Below, one piece after another: positions 55,201 through 64,000 of a stretch of DNA of 64,000 bases. The stretch's first letter is position 1. Each line of letters begins with the position of its first letter. Source of the stretch: Trichoplax adhaerens (taxonomy: Eukaryota > Animalia > Placozoa); the NCBI RefSeq assembly GCF_000150275.1, contig NW_002060946.1:925562-989561 (forward strand), read 5' to 3'. The notes beneath the pieces are model-generated. The model did not search any database. It saw only the letters and a program-made list of their open reading frames with translations, and was not told the origin of the DNA. The position numbers were made by a program, and so were the translations under genes.

Positions 55201-58200
55201 ACTATGGTACATAGCAGAAGCTGAAATGTGGACCCTTATAATTATTGAATGAGTTGCTTAACTTTACTAAGAAATAGTTTTTACGTAGCCATTAGCATCC
55301 TAATGTTTTACGATACCATGTGGTGTTAATGCTTATTATGAGCATAGTTAGAGAATATTTCCTAGATAAATATCATCCTAGTAGACAAAGTTAACTTAAA
55401 AGATCTCAAAGGATGAGTAATATTAAATCATAGGCATAAGCGATATGGAATCTAATTCAATTTCTACGTAGTTAACAATGTTGTAGCCGCTGGAATTTCG
55501 ATTTCTTTTAGCAGAGAATTAATTTGGTATACATTTCTATTAATTAGATACAAATATGCTGGTAAATAAGATTGTATTAGAGATACTATTATAAAACTTA
55601 TTCTTGTTACTTATATAATAAAAGGATTATTGCATTTCAACAAATTTTCGTTTAGAATTGTTATATGATCATATCAGTATCTATTCTATTTACGACAAAC
55701 TCAAGATGTTATATCCGTTTATTTGAATAAGTAATTTATTAACTGCAATAGAGGTATTAATATACTTTAGGGTATCTACAAGGGTGTTGTAATCATTGTG
55801 TACCGCCATTTCTTTGTTTTATAGATCGAGGTTACTATATCGTGTATTTAATACCAGATAGATTGAATTTTAGAGTGCATTAAATGTTTGTATATCAAAG
55901 ATTTACAGACATAAGTATCATGAACTTCAATTTATTTATATTATACGTGAAGGCTCGAAATTATTGCAAGTAAGGCCATCTACTCGATGGATTTAAATAT
56001 CCGTACATTATCCGAGCTTGACTTGCAAGTATGACAGATTACAAAACATTTAGCTGATTTCAGGTCTCGATCACGCTAGCTATTTAGTGTTTCAGCCTCA
56101 TTTTCATTGAATTTTATTTTATAACAAAATCTGTAAGAAAACTTTGAGTTATGATCTCTCTAACTATTACTAGGCGACGATAGAAATACAGCAAATAGGA
56201 TCAGATATACGGCATTCATTCATGACGTATGTTCTTATCATAATATATATTATTAATGGCATAGTTTCTATTGCCATTAAAGTAGGTTATTGAAGAGTTT
56301 ACATTTTGTACAAGAAAATTTTAACCGTGCACTTCGTATAAGCAATGTGTAACCGATTTATTTCTACAAGGGATGGTGTACAAGTGCTGCCAGTGCGCAT
56401 ATAATTGACCACAGGAAAGAAGATAAGCTGTTTAATTAAGCGAGTGCATAAACTAGTTCATGCCAGAATGATTTAGTGATATTTGGACCTGTTTTCATAC
56501 ACTGGGTACCTCATAAAGTAGTAGCGCATACAATTTTGACGGTACTACCTTTCTTTCCATCAATAACGGAGGAAAGCTCGGCATAGAGATTTGGTTAATA
56601 CAGTGAAGAAGTCTGTATGCTGTAGAACATTGCTAAACAATTTAAGTTAGCTTATAGCTAAAGTATGATACGATTCGTAAAAAGAATGTAATTTAATTCT
56701 TATTACATTTGCTTATTACCTGAATAATCAGTCTAAAAACTAAAGATCTTTGAGTTAAGATAACTAGCACTAATACATATGCTTACAAAGGTTAAATTTG
56801 ATTTCAAATTATGAATGTACGCATTATTGATTAAATAGTTCTATTGATTGAAAAAATCTTGTTTTGGTACACTCCAAGCCAGAGATAACTAAAAGAGAGA
56901 GAGACAATATTAACTGATTTCATGATATTATGAGAGCTCTACATCGATCGCTCTCTGAATAGTATACACACGGTCCTATGACTTATGAGCATGGCTCCTG
57001 AAAATTTTAGTTCATTTTCCTAGTATCGAATTAAAATGAATATGTATGTACATGATTTGACAGATATTAATATTGAAATTCTAGTGAATTATATGCTGTT
57101 AAAAACTATTTAGCACCAGGATTTTTGCTATGTATCCAACATCGATATGTAAGTGCTTTTAGCTGAGAGCTGGAAATGAGAATATGTTGCCACTGTTATC
57201 GCTGCTAATCTTGAATGAAAATCGAAAAAAATGGCTGTTTATAAGCTTTTTTCATATGTTTTTAATGCTATAGGAACGAGAGAAATCTATATTAGTTGAT
57301 TTACAGCCAAGTTACAATGTACTCTGTACCTAAATTGGTTATCTAATGAATAAGAAAGCTATTTTTATCTATTAATAATCACGATAAACATATTTTTATT
57401 CTCGTTAAAAATTGTTGCGATATTATATTGCATGGTTAAATACCGTAATTGAATGTGTACTGGTACTTCTCTATTGCTTTATCATTATTATGTAATCAAA
57501 TGGGAGAATTTCAAGATATTACAATGTAAAGATGAGGATAATGTTATCTTCTATCTTAGAAAGTAGTTATGAAATTGATTTAGGGCTAAGGTATGCACGC
57601 TGTACACACGTAATAGACATAGTTATGATTTCATATCAATCTAGATATCTACATTTAATCTGTGTTGTAGTGTAGTAGAATGTTTTCGTTTTAGTCTTCT
57701 CATTATATTAAGACTAGTTGCCATTCAGAAAACGTTAACTAATTAGTAATTAATGAAAATCTATAAATATGATAATGTATAGATGAGTAAAGCGTAGCTA
57801 ATTAATAACGCTTGGGTGAGTGATGTATAATAAGAAGTACTGATCAAGTATTTGTCGAGGATAATTTATAAACATCGATGACCTTTGAACGAGAGAACAC
57901 AAATCTAGTGGTTTCTATTTATGAAATAGAATCAGTAAAGCTTTCATTTTTAAATAATTTTAAGATGATCAGTATATAAGATAAGTATTAATTGCAACAT
58001 GTAAAGTAACGATGATGATCTAATCGATATATCATTTATTCTGGTAAATTTTGATCAATATTACTAATAACAGCAGTGCGTATGATATGAAAAAAGACGC
58101 TATAAATACATGTTATGTTAGTGCTCGTATATCTTCACGATTGTAATGCCAATAAAATTATTCTTACGAAGCTGAATATTTTCTTAAGCATAATGTATAT

Positions 58201-59626
58201 TCTTGTATTTTAAAGTTATCACAACGCGAATAGGACAGCAATTTCTCTCGGCTATTAGCTATTTCATCTGTTTTTACATCCAATTTAATTTATAGCTGGG
58301 TGTTGATAACAGGAATTGGAACAAGAATTTTATATTGCAAGCTATATTGAAGGAAGGATAACTAGATCATTGTAATGTGACTATTTTATCAATCTTCCTA
58401 ACTCTTTGACATGCGATAAAATAATAATTACCATCTCTTGTTGGTATGGTTACTATCAAAGAAATTGATATTATTAATTAGTAATTGCCTATTTAGATAG
58501 TTTAAAGAAGTAATTATTAACAGTTATACATTAATATGAAATCAATTTAATATATTTTAAAACGAACTTCCGATCCTGATCATTGATAAAGTCAAGAGAA
58601 AAACATTCTATTCTTAGTCAAAGCCAGATATTAAAGTAAGCATTTGTTTAAACTGAACATTATAAGGAAATTAATTAATCATAAATATGCGAATATTGTT
58701 TGAATTGAATAGCTAGACAGAAAAATTGCAAATTGTAGAGAATATAAAATTGAGTAGAAAATGTTGACAATTGCAATTATGTGAATATCATCCTACTCGT
58801 TTTGTGCGATGAAATTAATTTTTTAAATTGATGCCAAGATTTAGTCATCATATTATATTATAGTAGGAGCACAAGTTAGGATGACGTCGGCAAAGTTTAT
58901 AAAGTTGATAGATTCAAGAATTAGTTAAAATTGCAAAATAAGCAGTATATGAATATTTTCTCTGGCATATTATTTAATGAAGATATCCACGAGTATACAA
59001 GTAAACATAGAGTGAACATAGAATCAAGTATTCTTTAGTATATGACTTGTTAAAAGGCAGCGAGTTGAAATATGCATTTAAAGCTGAATTATGTTTAATC
59101 TAAATATTAACGTTTTATGTGTTAGTGTCAAAGTGAAATCTTAAATGCACATCACTGGATATTTATTGTACCAAACTATTTGGATATTGTCTACCAAAGG
59201 AGAAAAATAAAATTGATTCCTACTACCTCCTGATCGTGAATCAGTATTGAGTAGACCTTGCACGATGGTCAAATCTTTCCATTTTGCAGGATGAATCATT
59301 ATTTTACTCCTATTTGATATTCTTTTAATTTGATTCTCATCTTTTACCTTTAATTTAATTTACTCTTCGTATCGCCTTATTTGATTTCAAATATGCAGTT
59401 AGTATTATATTATTATGGTCTGTAGTTATATATCGGAATATATAGTGGGATAATGTGCAGACACAGCAGTCGGCGGTATCCATTGCGCTCCTTGTTAGTC
59501 CGTGTGCACCAAACACTAGTAGCCCAATTTAGCAACAGTCCTAGCTTATCCGATCGTACAGTAATAGAACGATTGTCTGGCATTTTATTTTCGTCTTTTG
59601 AATGCTCCATTTAGTTTCAACTCTGA

Positions 59627-60226
59627 TCAAGCCTTTGATAATAGGCAATCCCCTTCATCTCCACTTGAAAATTCTGTACTGATGGTTTGGTTGAGCAAAC
59701 GTTTAGTATACGATTGTGTCGTAATTTGTAGAAATCGATATGCTATCCTTTCAGCTTGAGAGTTTTTATTGCAGTATAAAGCATGGCATACTAAAACTTC
59801 CGTATTATTAGTGTCGGTACTTTTATTACGGTCTGGCTGCCTTTGATTAGCTTGTCTTCTAACAGTAGGCGTTAAAGATTTCTTACAAATGAAGGCAAAT
59901 ACTTTGTTGTGCTTGCCACTAGCAGCTTTGTAATGTAATAGTGTGTTAACTGGTACAGTGATATTGCGGCTGCCTCGATCTAAAGACATGACAACCCTAT
60001 TTGAATTAACAGTTAATCGGCAACGACTTAAATTACTAAAATCTGCTTTACTAAATGATGCCAATAATTCTTCAACGGTGCGATCAATATCAATACAATG
60101 ATCACGTACCGAGTTTTGAACTTGGCAACAACCAATATAGCGTAGATTAAAATCGTTCGATGGTTCAGGTAAGTCTACTGATTTGGATTTGGATCGTGAT
60201 AAATTGAAAGAGTAATTGCCGTTCAT
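59627..60226 (-). CDS. Small PTB/PID-domain adaptor protein, 199 aa, single coding exon
   Basis: FNLRYIGCCQV ... CRLTVNSNRVVM ... VPVNTLLHY ... KVFAFIC ... LVCHALYCNKNSQAERIAYRF matches the PTB strand/helix pattern (F.vkYlG...l.v...kvFafi...CH.f.c....A..i). Confidence 0.8.
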   Translation of the reverse strand: MNGNYSFNLSRSKSKSVDLPEPSNDFNLRYIGCCQVQNSVRDHCIDIDRTVEELLASFSKADFSNLSRCRLTVNSNRVVMSLDRGSRNITVPVNTLLHYKAASGKHNKVFAFICKKSLTPTVRRQANQRQPDRNKSTDTNNTEVLVCHALYCNKNSQAERIAYRFLQITTQSYTKRLLNQTISTEFSSGDEGDCLLSKA

Positions 60227-61273
60227 TGTTAGAATTTGAAAAAAAACTTTTACAAGAGATTATTTCACTTATCGAGGCGGAAAATTTATGGTTTAATTTG
60301 AGCAATAAGTTGGTAAGATCAATACCATATAACAAAGTATAATTATGCGGAGATAAGAAATCCACAAAGACGATAATGGCTTGTTGATCGAAAGCTTTTT
60401 ATAACATTCCTATCTACTTGAGAAGTAGTTTACTTCTATAAGGCATAAAACGAGTTTACAGATCAGCCAATTTACTTTTTATTAATTGCTTCTTTGCTGG
60501 ATAATTTTTCTTGCGAAGACTTTAAGTGTAGGCTTTAAAAGATACCTTTCCTCTCTTTGCCTTCAAATTTTTCTTGGTTGTACATAAAATAAAAACATGA
60601 ATGTTTTAGGAAGATGTCGGAAAATACTAACCGAAGTGAAATTAATTCAATTCTATTTGAATTCGAGGTATTCACTAAAGCGGCGATCCCTTATATTATA
60701 CCACGATCAGAAAGTCGAGGAAATAAGCTGAGAATTAATTATCGGTGATATGTTGATTGGAGTGTTAAACCTTAAAAGGGCTTGTCAAGATAAGAAGGCG
60801 ACTGAAGAGTTGCGTTTAAGGAGAGCGACAATAAAGCGATTCTTGTATAATAGGTATAGAATAGGGTAAATAAAATGGACCCATCAATAGCTGTCGTCAT
60901 CAGTTGATTGCAATTAGATCAATAATTCGATAATATTGATTTTGTTGGCAAGTCTCTTTTTCTGACTGGCTATCGAGTTCTTGATAGTGACAATAAATTT
61001 AGATGATGACAATAAATAATTGAACATATTCAGAAATTGATTGTTGTTCCTTTATTGAATGTGGAGATAATTCATTTAGTAATTAAATAGGAATTTCTCT
61101 CTACCTAGTTTACCTTTATTGTTAAAATTAAATAGTCTTATCTATCTAGTTTCTATTGGTTATGATAAATAAATAACCAAGGATGAAAAGGAACCAAGAA
61201 TTGTAACTAAGAATATTCAATATCGATTTTAATTTTCAACGGCATTGGAATCAACCTAAACGAGTTGTATAAG

Positions 61274-61424
61274 ATGGCGGAGGGTAAAACAACTGATTAC
61301 CTGTAGATTATTTTAACGTTTATCCTATGTTACCCAAAAGTAATATTATAGGTCTTGAACGGAGAAATAGATTGAATGTTGCACTTGCACTAGAAACGAT
61401 AAACAATAACATTACCAAAGAGAG
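61274..61424 (+). other. Possible first two exons of an unidentified spliced gene divergent from the PTB gene
   Basis: aagATGGCGGAGG|gtaaaa (61274-61283), a 68-nt intron, then exon 61352-61424 ending AG|gtaagt. They join to MAEGLERRNRLNVALALETINNNITKE. No convincing long continuation was found. Confidence 0.3.
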
Positions 61425-64000
61425 GTAAGTCTATTTGGTATCCAATTGTAGCTGTCAATATTGATAGGCCAATTTTTTACGTAAATAATGTGTAATCAAT
61501 CATGATCATAACATTAACTTTATGATAATTTTAACTGATATAGAGCACTGCTGATGATCAAGATAAAACTCGTCTATTCACTTACTGATGCCAATATTCA
61601 TGGATAGGGAAATTTTACAATTGTACTGCTCTCGATGAAATAAAGCTGTTAAGCTAATTATCTGAAATCAACCATAGCCATAATGTTAACTTCATGATAA
61701 ATTTGACTGGCATAAAATACTGCTGATAGTCATAATAAAATTTCGTTTAGAGACTGATATGATCAACCCATCGAAGACAGTAAGCGTAAAACAGGTGCGT
61801 CATTGTATCAGCTTTGATAGATGCTTAACGACTACGTTATATAGTAGTTTGAAACTGGTAATAAATTCATCCACCCTACACAGAAGATATTAATCAAGAT
61901 TCAGTAACCCATTAGAATAAGGATCGCCTGCAAGAAAGTGATTCCTTGCCCAAATACTATTTTAACAAGAGATACGATTATATTACTATGCTTAAAATTA
62001 TGATCCACTTCTATGTATTCGAATTTACTTTAAACTTGGACGCAACTGGCGAAACTTTATAAGCAATTTATCATTTCGATTAGCTTAGAACATGAAGTGT
62101 TACAATAATATACGAAAAAGTTTTGTAGGCTACGTATTATTCCTCTAAAGCGTGTAATCTTGATTAGTATAGATTCTTATTTTTTTGGGGGGGGGGAATT
62201 AGACAATAAAATCTTTTTGTATTTCATTACTACTGCGTGTCATGTGGCGGTTTCATGTCAATAATTTCTAATTTTAGAATATTTTAATTATTGGACCCAA
62301 ATATACCCAAAACGATAGTCAAAAATATAACAAAATTGTTATAGCAATAGGTAACAACATATTAAATCCAATTTATTGGGAACGTAACCATGGTTATCTT
62401 TTTGTAGCCATTATAAGCGTATAGAATTATACCGCGATAAATATATAAAATTTATATTTACTGTTTGAATTATTATTGACATGATTAATTAAATGATTTC
62501 ACCTTGTAGTTATTTTTCATCTTAATCAAGAGCAAATGTTGGCATAATTGAACCCAAATTTATTTGATATTAACAATAATTTGATAGGTATCGATCGATT
62601 CCAATATATTAGCATAAGATACCATAAAGAGTGGGGTATATTTATTTGCAGCAATGATTAAAAATGGAAGCAACAACTAAGAGCCCCCTAAGTAAATGTA
62701 AAAGTTTCCTCTAAAATAAGTTGCCGCTCGAAATGGACAATAATTCTATAAGTGTCGATATCTGCAAGTGAATAGGTTCTACATCATTCATTATGGGTAG
62801 TGTAATAAGTAATAACGATTTGTCAATCTCTTACTTTTACCACTTAGTATTATGGCTAGTGCAAGGTGAAAACAACTACGCATTGATCATGATGATATTT
62901 AAAATTACCGCTAAGACAACAAAAATTAAATTAAAATATGATTGTACGTAAATCAATAGAATCACTTAATATTCCTTGACGTTATGAATATTGACATCTG
63001 ATACGTTGTTATTATTATCATGATTAAAATAGATTAATGACGACATCATTGATGTACTTTTGGACGTTAAAATTAGCCATCCTCTAGTTTACAATGCAGT
63101 CCTTGTAAACATATGGACGTTTATATACACCTTTTTGTGCACGCACAGAAGTATAAGTGATTATTACTTTATATATTATTAGCGGTTAATTAGTGCTATG
63201 AGGATAGATAAGTTTGTACTAGTTAGGATGATTTAAGTGCTGATTGAAAAAAATTAGTGATTACTGTATTCTATCTACTGATCCAAGGATGCGAGCGCAT
63301 CATTTCTGTAAAATGAATCACGATTTTGTCATTGATAAATTTTATCGGGCTGCATGATGATAATGATTAAATAATGCTCAAAATTTATCCTATCAATGCA
63401 ATCGGTAATTATATTGCAAAATTTGCAAGTTTGACCCAGATACTACTAACATTATTTACTAATTTTCCAAGTTGAGAAATTTTTCTATGGTACGTGTCTT
63501 TAAAAGAATAGAAAGTAAATAGCGGTGATCACTATAGTAATTAATTTTCCTAAACTGACAAATAAGGAGGCAATTCTCTTTACTGACCTCTAGCCATGAC
63601 CATAACTATGGTTGTTTATAAAGGTAGTTTCTATTATTTCAATGTAACCACCAAGACTACTGTCTGCATATAGTAACAGCATTCGGTAGAAGAAAAATAT
63701 AATAACAGAGGACTTGCTTATTTTTTATTCATTTATAGTCTAATGAGTTGATCTTTTAACAAATTAGACTTATTGAAGATATTGATTCACTAATGGCGGC
63801 AATAATGATAGGGATATAACATTTTATTCCTGACGACATTTTAAAGACGTCAAAGTTGACGATTACAATCTATCCAGTTACATTAGAATTGTTTTTAGCA
63901 GACTGATGACCGCAATTTCTTCTGTATAAGTAAATTGATTTTTAATTCGATCAATTTATAGAAAACAGTGCCAATAATGTGATTGAAATTTAGTAAATAA

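Noticed and set aside
59585-59629. Selenocysteine or readthrough at the PTB gene TGA (would add SELKLNGAFKRRK)
   Set aside because: The context is TGA-TCA rather than TGA-CTA, and no SECIS-like AUGA/AA/GA hairpin is evident.
60165-60365. Overlapping upstream ORF of the PTB gene
   Set aside because: GTG start, and the length is compatible with chance.
62187-62196. G10 homopolymer
   Set aside because: Isolated run with no supporting context.

Overview
AT-rich, intron-dense eukaryotic DNA from a non-vertebrate animal. Many short introns and compact housekeeping genes suggest a placozoan-like genome (inference only). I spliced the genes by hand using GT-AG boundaries and frame continuity. In order they are: the 3' part of a Trp/Tyr-permease-like (HAAAP-type) amino-acid transporter (+); kinetochore MIS12 (-); importin alpha of the alpha3/KPNA3-4 clade (+), head-to-head with MIS12; COP9 subunit CSN6 (-); single-coding-exon TENT5/FAM46 poly(A) polymerase (+); a ~19 kb gene desert; an Arx/aristaless-like Q50 paired-class homeobox gene (+); and a single-exon PTB-domain protein (-). 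The most striking unexplained signal is dense, strand-mixed TA(CAGTA/CTGTA)n arrays confined to the housekeeping promoters (MIS12/importin alpha and CSN6). Their unit equals the canonical Tc1/mariner excision footprint, and a small TA-flanked inverted-repeat element sits beside one array. Most short ORFs in the supplied track are spurious or are single exons.
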